The notes under the pieces are model-generated. The model saw only the letters and a list, made by a program, of their open reading frames with translations. It ran no database searches and was not told the DNA's origin. The translations under genes were made by a program, and so were the position numbers. From Candidatus Bathyarchaeota archaeon (GTDB lineage: Archaea > Thermoproteota > Bathyarchaeia > Bathyarchaeales > Bathycorpusculaceae), in the NCBI GenBank assembly GCA_963720565.1, contig CAVRFW010000002.1, positions 32,001-96,000 of the forward strand: 64,000 bases of DNA. Reading direction: 5' to 3'. Positions 30,346-40,979 of the stretch are shown here, piece after piece; positions within the stretch are counted from its first letter, which is position 1; each line of letters starts with the position of its first letter.

Positions 30346-30649
30346 AATTAGAAATAGTTGGCAAAATTGTCATATTCTGAGTGTGACCAAAATAAGGCAA
30401 TTCAACAGGTCAAGTTAACACAATTTCTCCATAACACGTTTTCAGCAATTCTTGGATGCGAGCACGCAACCTGTTTATTAACCAAACTCTCTGAAGAATC
30501 CTCTAAGAGGATTTCAAAAACTCAAAAAACACGCCCAAGTATTAACACTAATTCAGCAACTTTCACCTTTGTTGAAAACCAGCTGACTAAGAAAATATCA
30601 AACAAGTTTAAGTCTCCACAGTCAAGGTAATAGTCGGGAAAGATGAACC

Positions 30650-30826
30650 ATGAAGCGTTTACAAGTCGTTAAGGTTGATTTGCTCGACGGAGACACTCAC
30701 TTCGTTCTTCTGGATTCCAAGTATTCCAAAAAAAATGAAAACGCAGAAGACTACGACGAAACGGAAGTAAAGAAAGAGTCAAAGAGGGACGCCTCAAAAC
30801 CGCTGACGCTGTTTCGAGCTGACTAA
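30650..30826 (+). CDS. Possible 58-aa protein MKRLQVVKVDLLDGDTHFVLLD...
   Basis: Read by hand; weak RBS. Confidence 0.3.
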   Translation: MKRLQVVKVDLLDGDTHFVLLDSKYSKKNENAEDYDETEVKKESKRDASKPLTLFRAD

Positions 30827-31158
30827 GACCAAACCTTCCTGTTTCATCCTCACAGCTGTTTAAAAAAATGAGATTTGCGGAAGAAATATCCTGCCTCACG
30901 CGAATACCTTGACATTTACGTACCTCACCGCTAGAACCAGAAATAACATGAAAGCACTCGCCAAGCCACGCTAAATTAAAAGTTGCTTGCGTCTACATAA
31001 AGTCTTTCAGACGTGTTGTTTTCCCCGCCTCGGTCTCTGTTAAATCAGTAACCCTAAACCAACCGCACGAGGTACAATTCACTAGCCTGCTCTTGGCATT
31101 AATCCCCAATTCCCTGAAGCACAGAGGGCATCTCAAATTTTGTTTATCTCCTTGGAAA

Positions 31159-31359
31159 CTAGCTACTTGTGTCGAGCGTCAAGAGAGGACAATCCTTGCT
31201 ACATTTCTCCATTTCACAGTCTTCACTAAACATTAGCGAAGGAAGACCATACCCCCTTCTATGACTATTGCATTCATCCAACACTAAACGTTCCATTTCT
31301 TGAAGAACCACAACATAATTTCTAACAGCCATCAACGCTAACCTTCCAAAGGATACCAC
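31159..31359 (-). CDS. Small protein with C-terminal Cys cluster
   Basis: FSEDCEMEKCSKDCPLL. Confidence 0.45.
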   Translation of the reverse strand: MVSFGRLALMAVRNYVVVLQEMERLVLDECNSHRRGYGLPSLMFSEDCEMEKCSKDCPLLTLDTSS

Positions 31360-31512
31360 GGGTTACAAGCTAAAACTAATTCATTGCAAGCTGAATATTA
31401 CCGGTTATTTCCAAACACGATATGTTAATTCAGCCAAAATCGAAATGTTCAGAATAGTCCCTCGATGGGCAAAGAACACTTAAAAACGAAGCTTAACCAG
31501 TTGTACAAAACA

Positions 31513-31848
31513 TTAGAGAGAATGGGAAACCACGAGTATATTGTTCAGAATAGTCATCAAAAGAACCATTGCAGCAATCGTATATCCCACTCTGAGCGTA
31601 GTGCGAACAAAAGAAGAAGATTCACTATTTTTGTCCTTCAATCCTTGGAGCATCCTTTCCCCGAAATAGTACAGTAAACCCACAAACACCGTGGTCGCAA
31701 GTTTCACCGCAGTAAAAGCTACCAAGTTTGTCCTGGTTAGCTCCGCGAAAAACGGGTTGACCTCAACAGCCCCGAAATAGGCAATTCCGACTATGGTCGT
31801 CAGCCAATCCAAGTATCCCATAAAAAAAAGCGCCAAGCTAGGATACAT
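31513..31848 (-). CDS. DUF5658-like membrane protein; true start may be near 31874 via an indel
   Basis: LDWLTTIVG..FGAVEVNPF...F..VKL. Confidence 0.75.
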   Translation of the reverse strand: MYPSLALFFMGYLDWLTTIVGIAYFGAVEVNPFFAELTRTNLVAFTAVKLATTVFVGLLYYFGERMLQGLKDKNSESSSFVRTTLRVGYTIAAMVLLMTILNNILVVSHSL

Positions 31849-32107
31849 CCTGACTCTTAACGTGCTCGCCTCATCTCTCCCTCCTCGATGAACCCAATAA
31901 TAGAAAGGGCTTTGGTGTTTATGACATATGTAGAATTCTCTTATAGAAAACAAGAGCAAAAGATCTACTCAAACTCAGAGACTTGCCGGTTAGCGCGTGA
32001 TCTTCTGTAGAATTAGGCAGTTGCCCCGTAGCCCAAGACATCTGTATCGGGAGTTTCAGATATCTCTTGAGCCCCATTCCCCAGAGCACGCTGCACAGCG
32101 CCCGCGA

Positions 32108-32659
32108 TTATGCAAGTCGTACTCTTTCAACGTACAAGACGCTTCCTTTTCCCGAAGAGGACCCCTGCGACACCTTGAAGCTAGAACCAAGTTTCTCTGC
32201 GAGTTTTTCCATTATCTCGGCGGATACGTCACTGGCACTTGTTATTTCGAGATATTCTTGCTCGGCAAGTGTCTGAGCCTCGGAGACTATGTCTTTCACC
32301 ATTCTCTTCTTGTTGCTGACTGACCTACTTTTCAATTCTCCATATTGGGGGCGTTCGAGCTGGTCAACCTTAACATGGGCCATGGTAAAGGCCAATTCAT
32401 GTTCGCCACGTTTTTGCCTGCTGTCTTCAAGCTTCTCATTGCGGGATTTCCCTTGCAAAGCTGACAAAACCTTGCCGTCCAAGTAGACAAAGTAGGCTAA
32501 TAGAACCCCGCAGAAACCAATCAGCAGGGAAAAGCCAAGTGCAAGTGTTTGTCCCAGACTCATAGACTGCCACTCGCCTAGAAGAACGGACAAAACGCTA
32601 ATAATTGCGATTAATAAGGCGATGACGTAAACGATTACAATAAGTCCTCTGAACTTCAA
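32108..32659 (-). CDS. Hypothetical protein with 2 N-terminal TM
   Basis: 183-aa ORF. Confidence 0.65.
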   Translation of the reverse strand: MKFRGLIVIVYVIALLIAIISVLSVLLGEWQSMSLGQTLALGFSLLIGFCGVLLAYFVYLDGKVLSALQGKSRNEKLEDSRQKRGEHELAFTMAHVKVDQLERPQYGELKSRSVSNKKRMVKDIVSEAQTLAEQEYLEITSASDVSAEIMEKLAEKLGSSFKVSQGSSSGKGSVLYVERVRLA

Positions 32660-33492
32660 TCTTGCTTTGCCCCCATTCTGAATAGGTTACGCTGTCCAGT
32701 TATTAAACTTCCACACATACAAAACGGCTTTCATTGTAATCGGTAAATGCGATTTTTCGGATAAGAACTGCAACTGGAGAGAAGAGACTGTCGCTGAAGA
32801 CTAAAAATTTGGAAAAGGAAATCTGCTGATTTTGAACCAATACGACGGCTTAGAGCCTTGTCTTACGCTTCAAATAGCAGTCTATGCATTCTGTTCTTCC
32901 GTTTTCGAATACGTTAGAGTCTCTACCACATGAACACTTAGTCAAAGTGCAATTCACCTCAAACTCTGTGGTTTGCTGACCTTTTTCGATTCTTCAACTT
33001 TAGATACACTGAAGCCTGTTCGGGTTCCACTTGTTTCTTCTTCGGTTTCCTGGATGTGTTTAGACAATACTCCCTTATTGCCGTGTATTCTAAATCTTCT
33101 AGCATTATACTTCCACATCTTTAGCCCAAGTGATTCGGCCACTTCCTGGTCTTTAAGCCTTCAAGCGTGAGTTACCGGTCTGCGCAGTCTGATTCAAGTT
33201 CGTTGACGGAAAATACCCCGTAGGCTATGTCTCGATCAAGAATTGTTATTGTTGTTTTTCTCGGGTCGATTAACCACGCCCGCGAGCGCCAGTTTTTCAT
33301 GGAACGGTTTTTTCGTTTGAAGGGGTTTATCATTTGGTTTTTCCTTGAAACACTCTATAGGAAGTATTAATAAAGCAGTTATTCTTGAAGTAGCTTATCG
33401 TATCTTCCGATATAGTACTAAACCGAAATATCCCTTTAAAACCGCCTTCGACACGCATATAATACAAGGAGCAAGGAGGAGGCCCCTACCCC

Positions 33493-33606
33493 ATGAACAC
33501 ATGGTCAAACATGTTCAACATAGGAATATATTCTATGATATTTCTATTAATAGCAGTCGTAGTTTTCGGATTCATATGGGCAAAGTACGGCAAATACAGC
33601 AGATAG
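33493..33606 (+). CDS. 37-aa single-TM microprotein MNTWSNMFNIGIYSMIFLLIAVVVFGFIWAKYGKYSR
   Basis: Read by hand; GGAGGAGG RBS; one TM then basic residues. Confidence 0.6.
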   Translation: MNTWSNMFNIGIYSMIFLLIAVVVFGFIWAKYGKYSR

Positions 33607-33676
33607 ACCAACGCCGCCCCCAACCAATCCAGCTCGGCCACAAGACACCCAAAAACTGCAACCCAAATATGAAGGT

Positions 33677-35433
33677 CTATGCTGTCGCAAAATTGTCAGC
33701 GTCTTGACTGCTTTTCGGTCTCTTAAGAGCTACAAAAACTATAGCAGCAATTGAAGCGATTCCAATGGCTGCAGTAGCATAGAAAGCCTCGGGCGGTATC
33801 GTACCCGAATTGTTCCTCGTTGGTTCTGGCGAAGGAGTAGGTGAATCTGAAGGCGTTTCTGAAGGCCCAGGCGTAGGAGTAATAATAGGCTCCGCTGTGT
33901 CTAAAGTAATAGTGTCAGAAAATGTGTCAGAAACCGAACCCAAGCTGTTCCTAATTTGATAGTAAACTGTCTTCGTCCCATTACCAGAAGTCAAAACCCA
34001 CTCTTTTGTTCCCGATGGAGATTCCCACCCCTCACTATCCCACATGCCATCGTTACTATATCTCACCTGAGAAACGGGCAAGAAAGGATCTGTGTAAGTC
34101 AAAGTCAACATCACCGACTCCGAAGTCGTAGAATCAGCATCATTATTGATGACGATAGAACCGGTTGGAGCAAGCGTGCTTAGAGTGATAATATCCGAGA
34201 ATGTTGAGCTGTTAAGCCCCGCGTTATCTCTAACCTGGTAATAAACTGTTTTTTCTCCGTTACCAGACGAAAGCGTCCACGACTTAGCGGACGAAAAACT
34301 CTCCCAGTCCTCAGTGTCCCAAAAACCATCATTGCTATACCTAACCCGAAACACGCCTGACATCGAATCAGCCGCAGTCAACGTCAAAGACACGGAAACA
34401 GATGTCGTAAAAGCGTCACCGTCATTAACCACAATAGAACCCGTGGGCGAAACAGTATCTAAGCCAATAGTATCAGAATACGCGGAAGCCAAACCAGCAC
34501 GATCGCTAATCTGATAATAAACCGTCTTATCATCGTCACCAGACAACAAGGACCAGGCCTTGGTCGACGAAAAATCCTCCCAAGGTTCAGTGTCCCAAAC
34601 ACCATCATTGCTATACCTAACCTGATAAACCCCAGATGTCGGATCGTTCGCAGTAAGAGATAGAGTAACAGATGTTGAAGCGGTGAAGGCATCGCCATCA
34701 TTAATCACAATTGAACCGGTGGGGACAGAAGTATCCAAACCTATAGAGTCTGTATACAATACAGAAACCGAACCAGCGCCATCCTTCAATTGACAAAAAA
34801 CGTTTTTGAAACCGTCACCAGAAGACAGAGTCCAAGACTTAGGCGACGAAAAACTCTCCCAACCTTCAGTATCAGACGCCCAACTCCCGGTATTACTCAA
34901 TCGAACTTGATTAACTCCCGACGTCAAATCAAATCCGGTCAACGCCAAAGACACAGAAGCAGAAGTCGTAAACGCTTCACCACCGTTAATCACAATAGAA
35001 CCCGTTGGGAGAACAGTATCCAGCACTATAGTATCTGAATACACATCAGATATCTCGCCAAAATAGTCAGCAAACTGATAGTAGACCCTCTTGCCGCCAT
35101 CACCAGACGACAAAGTCCAAGCCTTGGTTTTGGTTTCTGGGAAGGCTTCCCACCCCTCATTGTCATTACGCCAAAGGACATCGTTACTATACCGGGCATA
35201 CTCCACCAAGAGAGAGCCTTCCGCCGTCAAGCGTTAAAGTCACGTCCGACGAAGTGCGTATATGTATCGCCATTATTGATTACGACAGAACCAGTGAGTT
35301 GAGCAAACACTACCTGCAACCTGACTTCAAAGAACAAAGTGAAGGCACATAACAGCAACAAGGCTAAGGCTATTTTAGAAACCGTTCTTCTATTCAATAT
35401 TCTCCGCCATCTTCCAGACATAAAGCCAGACAC
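33677..35433 (-). CDS. Cell-surface protein with five ~92-aa beta-rich repeats, PT-rich linker and C-terminal TM; frameshifted near 35250
   Basis: Signal peptide; repeat PTGSIVINDGDAFT.S.SV.L.LT..D..SGV..VRYSNDG.WD.E.WE.....K.W.L..G.G.KTVYYQ..D.AG....SDTI.LDT. Confidence 0.9.
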
Positions 35434-35589
35434 AGTTAATATGGATTATGAAATTTTCTTCGCCGCAACGCGCATCGTTGTTCTGAAATAAAATAGAACT
35501 AACAGAAAATTTTCCCAAAATTAAACGCAACTCTGTTTAGTCTTCAGCCGCCAAGAAGACTAACATCTTAATCAATGGCCAGTTCTTGC

Positions 35590-35899
35590 TTATTTCTTAT
35601 GTCTTCTGAGGACAAACAAAGCCATGTTAACAACACCCGCTGCACATATGACTGTTATGGGGCAGAAGACTTCCGGAGGCAGAGGTTCGGTGGACATATT
35701 TTTGGTTCAGACGATGATGAAGGTAAAACAGAAGGTGATGGAGATTGCAATGGGTTTGGCATTGGAGTTGGAGAAGTCGGAACTTCAGTCGGCGCGGGAT
35801 TAGCTGTCGGTGCAGGAGTAGAGTATATCGGTGTAGGTATGGGCGCTGGAGAAGGAGTAAGGTTCGGAGTAGACGTTGGAGTAGGAAGTAAGCGTGTGG
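35590..35899 (-). pseudogene. Orphan C-terminal remnant of a surface protein (PT-rich linker plus TM)
   Basis: LPTPTSTPNLTPSPAPIPTP... then, after an indel, PPEVF...ALFVLRRHKK; no start or N-terminal domains. Confidence 0.55.
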
Positions 35900-36762
35900 T
35901 TAGTAATGTGAAAAGTCGATGGGTTCCAACTTCGCTCTTAATTTATTAATAACCTCAAGAGACAAGCCAGTTTTCTCGCCAGCACCAACGAATCTTCTTC
36001 CGTAATCTGGTTTATAAGAACCATTCCAGAATCAGCCAAGTGCAATCTGGTATCAATGTTTAGGCCTCTGACGCAGCTCAGAGGGTACAGGTTTTTTTCC
36101 TCAATCATGCTCTGCAAACTAAGGTTTGTGGGCGTGCTCCAGCCTATCTGAAGAATACCCTTACAAACGCCATACTGCGTGGCATAGTCAGAGTACTTCG
36201 TGTTGGTGACAATCATGGCTTTGTCAATTTTCAAGTTGCCTCTTCCAAGATCATAACCTTCCGTCACATCTTCCAACACAGCCCGGGCTATTCGACTCTC
36301 ATCCAGTCCGGTGAAGTGATGATAATTTACGTGGTGTTTTGCTTCAACCAAGTAGGTGACGTCATTCTTTTTTGCGATGCCATCAACCTCATGTTCAACA
36401 CATTTCCCTTTCAATATTCGGTTCGAACTAACCTCGAACCCATTGTGAGACAAAAGATTCTGAACAAATATCTCGAATTCCGGCTTCGAAGCCATCAAGC
36501 TTAAGCCCTTTCTCAAATCGTAGATCTGGCTGACGTGAGGTTTGTATTTGCGCATAAATTGGAAAAGCATCTGCAAAATCTTAGCCGTCGAAATTCCGTC
36601 GTAAAGCCTCTTCTCAATCTTGTCCGCAACCTCAAATGCATCTCGCCTTGTTGCGCCCATCCTCATGCAAGTCTTCACAATCTTGTTTTTGTCAAACAAC
36701 TGTCTCGAACCATTTGCCTTCGTCACCATGGTACCCAAGAAGAACTCACCTTCTAAACCCAA
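35900..36762 (-). CDS. ATP-cone plus Mrr-like PD-(D/E)xK restriction-endonuclease-fold protein; one-A indel near 35972 restores the end RKTGLSLEVINKLRAKLEPIDFSHY
   Basis: VTKANGSRQLFDKNKI (ATP cone); FEIFVQNLL...EHEVDGIA..LVEAKHH...IVTNTKYS.YA..YG. Confidence 0.85.
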
Positions 36763-36925
36763 TTTGCAGTATCACAACATAAGCATTACTCACTTCACCC
36801 CAACCTTTTCAGCACAATTAGCCCAAGCGACTCCTGAAGAAACACGGTTTTCCAAATTTCCTGAGTTTCAAGTTGGCTCGAATACGTTTTTAAGGAAGAA
36901 TCCTGAAATTTCAAGTTGAGACCAC

Positions 36926-37537
36926 ATGTACTTCAAACAGTTACAACAACACGGAGACAACTTCTCATACATTATTGCAGATGAAGAAACACGAGAAGCG
37001 GTTGTCGTTGATTCAAGTTACAACGCCGGAGAAATAACACGAATTTTAATAACAGAAAAACTGCACCTGAAATACTTGATTAACACTCATGGACATTCTG
37101 ACCACACCGCTGGCAACGAGGAACTGCGCTTCAAGTTCGGCGTCAAAACCATTGCTCACAAGTTGTCCAGGAACAATCCAGACGTCACCGTTGAGGACGG
37201 AGATGAGATTAGGGTCGGCTTAGTCAAAATCAAGGTAATCCATACACCAGGGCATACTCCTGATGGAATATGTCTTCTCGTGGAAGGAAAAAAAATGTTA
37301 ACAGGAGATACGTTATTCATCGGCGAATGCGGCAGAACCGATATGGCAGGTGGCGACTCCGCAAAACTACACAACAGCTTATTCAACAAACTAATGAGAC
37401 TCGGAGACGAAATAGAGGTTTTCCCAGGACATGACTACGGACCAAAACCTCGCTCAACAATCGGGGAACGCAGATCAAATTACGTCCTGCAACCCCGCAC
37501 CGTTGAAGAATTCAAAGTCTTCATGGGCACACCATAA
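36926..37537 (+). CDS. MBL-fold metallo-hydrolase (glyoxalase II-like)
   Basis: THGHSDH, HTPGHTP, TGDTLF, PGHDYG. Confidence 0.95.
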   Translation: MYFKQLQQHGDNFSYIIADEETREAVVVDSSYNAGEITRILITEKLHLKYLINTHGHSDHTAGNEELRFKFGVKTIAHKLSRNNPDVTVEDGDEIRVGLVKIKVIHTPGHTPDGICLLVEGKKMLTGDTLFIGECGRTDMAGGDSAKLHNSLFNKLMRLGDEIEVFPGHDYGPKPRSTIGERRSNYVLQPRTVEEFKVFMGTP

Positions 37538-37665
37538 CAAGCAGTCTCTCTATATACACCAATCTCCCTGCTCAAAAGCGTGCTGTATATGCGCTTTCCA
37601 TATGAACAAGCCAGTACTTACGGTTTCTCCACAAATTTTAAGCGCCAAAAGTCAATTCTCAAATT

Positions 37666-38108
37666 GTGATTCAGCATGAAGCTTCCGAATATGTTTCAGT
37701 AGAAGAAGTGAAGAAGATTTGTCAAGCACTAAAGATTAGAGATTGGACAATGTTGGAGAAAGCCGAGGTAACTCTTCAAGAGGCTGAAGCTGTACTAGCG
37801 GAACTTGAGACAAAAGACATGAAGATATCCGTTGAGAACTTCCGTATAGGATTGGAAGTGGAGCTTGAACATGGAATACGCTTTCCAGAAGCAACGTCAC
37901 AAACAACCATCCGATACTGACGGGCAAAATTGTGTTGGCACACTTCAAAGAAACCTTGGATTATTATCAGCGGTTGGAAGTAGCTGAAATAGAAGGAGAC
38001 CTGTTGAAGGCAGTTGTCAGGAAGAACGCCCCAAAGATTGCAATTCTATACGAGAGACTTTTGAAAGCAAAACACCAACTAAGCCAAGCGGAAAAAGAAA
38101 TGATGTAA
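37666..38108 (+). CDS. DUF5661-like protein, frameshifted near 37893
   Basis: GLEVELEHG then NVTNNHPILTGKIVLAHFKETLDYYQRL in the next frame. Confidence 0.75.
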
Positions 38109-38239
38109 TAGCGCGCGTTGCTCCTGGAAAATTCTGAAAACAAGAAGCGCGAATCATTTTCTCTTAACTGAGTTTGCTGCAATATGGCATGAATTTGGTA
38201 ATAAATCTGGAAAAGTGATTAATAGCTTTTGAGTGCAGA

Positions 38240-38536
38240 ATGAAGCAATTAGAAGGAATCAAAATAGTAGAAGAAGAGGCAAACATAATGAAGCAAACAC
38301 GCGCCTATAATTTGGATCTAACCAAAATAGAAGGAGAGGGAGACTTCACATGCCCAAAATGCGGAACCTCGATGTCTCCTGACGATTGCAGCGAAAAGAC
38401 TTACGCTATTCTGGAAACAGCGTTCAGCCATCATGGATTGGAAGAGCTTGTGATTCGATGCTGCAACTGCACAAGTCAAATACACTTAACTGGTTTCTCT
38501 CTCCTTCGAGAACTCGCTGAAACCGAGAAGGCCTGA
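38240..38536 (+). CDS. Zn-ribbon protein
   Basis: FTCPKCG..MSPDD...IRCCNC. Confidence 0.75.
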   Translation: MKQLEGIKIVEEEANIMKQTRAYNLDLTKIEGEGDFTCPKCGTSMSPDDCSEKTYAILETAFSHHGLEELVIRCCNCTSQIHLTGFSLLRELAETEKA

Positions 38537-38693
38537 GAGAAAAACGACAAAGCCATGCTCAGCAGTACCCACATTTGACACTGCACAACGTTTTGTGTAT
38601 CCTTGAACATTTTCGGTAAACACGGGTGTTATGCATGAACGGCGAAGGGAAAGTAACTTCGCACATTTGAAACAAAAGATTTTGGGAAAGATC

Positions 38694-39221
38694 TTATGCG
38701 GTTAGGAGTTTGGTTCCCACATTGATTATCGCTCTGACATCGCGGGAAACGACTGCTCGAATCTTGTCAACCTTGTCGGTTTCTTTGCCGTAGCATTGGA
38801 GCCATTCACGTACCAATCCTTCAGCCCAAACATTGTCTTCTGCCATCACGGTGAAAACTAAGCCATCGTTGAAACTGGATCCGCCGGTTTCAATTTGGAA
38901 GAGTTGAAGGATGGATTCTTTTTTGTTTTTTTGTTGCTTAAACGAGATGTTCTTTTCCATTTCTTCTAGGAGATAGCGCTTTTTGTCAGCAATTGCGTCG
39001 GACTTGAGCTGTAATTGTTCGAAAGTCTCGATTAACTGTCTTTTCTCTGCTGCAAGTTGTCTCTCTTCTTCTTTTATCGCTTCCAAAGCAGAAAGCGAAT
39101 TCTCTTCATCTACAAACTTCTCAGCGGTTGCATCGATTAAAGGAACTGCTTGTAAAGAATTCGCTTTATCCTCGTTTTCGTCTTGAACCTTACGACTTTT
39201 CTTCAAAAGTCCTGGCGACAT
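38694..39221 (-). CDS. Hypothetical coiled-coil protein
   Basis: GAGG RBS; E/K-rich helix plus C-terminal globular part. Confidence 0.7.
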   Translation of the reverse strand: MSPGLLKKSRKVQDENEDKANSLQAVPLIDATAEKFVDEENSLSALEAIKEEERQLAAEKRQLIETFEQLQLKSDAIADKKRYLLEEMEKNISFKQQKNKKESILQLFQIETGGSSFNDGLVFTVMAEDNVWAEGLVREWLQCYGKETDKVDKIRAVVSRDVRAIINVGTKLLTA

Positions 39222-39245
39222 TTTTCCTCTCTAACCTCCACTGCT

Positions 39246-39656
39246 TTAGTCTTCACTTGCTTGGTTGATGCTTTGAACATCCAACTCTTGTATTTGGTCG
39301 TCTTCTGATAACTGAACGTGGGGGATCTTGACAGAAGTTCCATTCTTTGCAGTTTTCTTTGTAATTGACTCTATCAGTTCGATTCGTTTTTGCTCATGTG
39401 TTATTATCATTACATGTTTCAAACGATGATACATGCTTGTGTTAATCGATCTGTCCTTGCGGAGCTGGCGTAGGCGGGCTATGTCGTTATCTTTTGCTGT
39501 TTGCAGCTTTTTTCTTTCCTTAAGGAACTCGTTGATAATTTTGACGTTTTTCTTGTTTATGAGTTGCTCTCTTTTCTCGGACGGAAGTATGCTGTAGATG
39601 AGATTGTGCAGTTCCATGTTCTTTTTCTTCCCGTTTGCTGTTGAACAGTATCTCAT
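39246..39656 (-). CDS. Hypothetical basic helical protein
   Basis: 136-aa ORF co-oriented with the neighbouring gene. Confidence 0.6.
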   Translation of the reverse strand: MRYCSTANGKKKNMELHNLIYSILPSEKREQLINKKNVKIINEFLKERKKLQTAKDNDIARLRQLRKDRSINTSMYHRLKHVMIITHEQKRIELIESITKKTAKNGTSVKIPHVQLSEDDQIQELDVQSINQASED

Positions 39657-39720
39657 GTATTAACATATAATAATCATGCTTTCTCACATGAAATATTACC
39701 TATGTCGACATACAGTCTGT

Positions 39721-39745
39721 TGTACGCATGTACAGTATGCGTACA
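39721..39745. promoter_or_regulatory. Inverted repeat, candidate operator
   Basis: TGTACGCAT-N7-ATGCGTACA, perfect 9-bp arms. Confidence 0.45.
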
Positions 39746-39841
39746 TGCAAAAAGCAGATACATACCTCAGCTCATCAAAAAACCATGCGAACAAGTTATT
39801 GAAAAGAAGAAAAAAGAAGGTGTAGTTTACTAAAGCTGCAA

Positions 39842-40824
39842 TTAGAAGTACTTCTTGGTTGCGAACGCTGCAATTGTAGGGCCAATCACTATCGCCACAG
39901 CCACTATAGCCGCAGCCCTAGCCCAGTCCCCGGTTATGCCAAAGAAGCCTATTCCCCAATTCGCAATCCCTAACGCCAAAGCACTCAGCACGAGAGCAAT
40001 CACCAGACCAACAAAGCTAATCAGAAGCTCCTTCAGAACCGACACACCTTTGGGTTTGGCTTCAGCTAAATCACCTTTCACCTTAGAGACACCCACGCCA
40101 ACAGGTTGAACCGAAACAGTCTGGAATAGACCGTCCTTCGTTTCAGCTTTAGGCAAACCTCAGGAACCTCAACCTCAGGCAACTTTACCTCAGGAACCTC
40201 AACCTCAGGCAACTTTACCTCAGGAACCTCAACCTCAGGCAACTTTACCTCAGGAACCTCAACCTCAGGCAACTTTACCTCAGGAACCTCAACCTCAGGC
40301 AACTTTACCTCAGGAACCTCAACCTCAGGCAACTTTACCTCAGGAACCTCAACCTCAGGCACAGAAGTTCTTACTTTTGCCATTTTTGCTTTTGTGGATT
40401 TTGCGCGTTGTTTGACTTCGCGAGAGATCACGGGTTCTTCCATTGTCATTCCGATTACTGCTGAATCATCAATTTCCGCGTTACCGCTTCTCTTTACAAC
40501 GTTAATTCCAGTTAAAGCGCTATCTTTTGTTTCGTATCCTTCGCTTGCAGCGATTATTTCTCCGTTTGAAGCTTTCAAATGGAACCTGTACTTTTCAGCT
40601 GCGTCTTTGAATATTTGGTATTTTGGATGCAAAACTTTTCGATCGTTAATTGTTAGGTCTTCTATTTCTGAATCACAGTTCTTCTTGACGCTATTGATAC
40701 CCTTAATGCAGTTTGCGTAAGCTTCGTAAGCTTCGCTGGCAGCTACAATTTCACCATTTTCAGCTAAAACCCGAAAACGAAATTTCTCTGCAGCATCTTT
40801 AAACATTTGGAATTTTGGCGGCAT
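39842..40824 (-). CDS. Tandem YegP (DUF1508) domains, [10 protein letters not shown] repeat linker and 2 C-terminal TM; frameshifted near 40156
   Basis: Twice FQ.FKDAAEK.RF.L.A.NGEI.AASE.YE......GINSVK; TM region lies in ORF 39842-40156. Confidence 0.8.
40161..40360. repeat. Perfect 30-bp tandem repeat, 6.7 copies
   Basis: Unit CAGGAACCTCAACCTCAGGCAACTTTACCT. Confidence 0.98.
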
Positions 40825-40979
40825 TGAAACCACAGTTTCCTTTTGAGAATTGGTTGTACTAAAAGCTTTTGCTTCAGATGCATAATCAACATGGTTCAAG
40901 AGATAGAACGTTAAAATTTTGCCTATAGAAGATTATTTTGAAAACAAAAGCAGATGGCTACTCAAAGAGCATGAAAAAC

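Noticed and set aside
32954..33300. Short minus-strand ORFs, possibly a decayed gene
   Set aside because: No recognisable family; frames are interrupted
35575..35949. Gly/Val-rich plus-strand ORF
   Set aside because: Antisense shadow of the Pro/Thr-rich remnant on the minus strand
40161..40360. CRISPR array
   Set aside because: Units are contiguous with no unique spacers, are in-frame coding, and no cas genes are present
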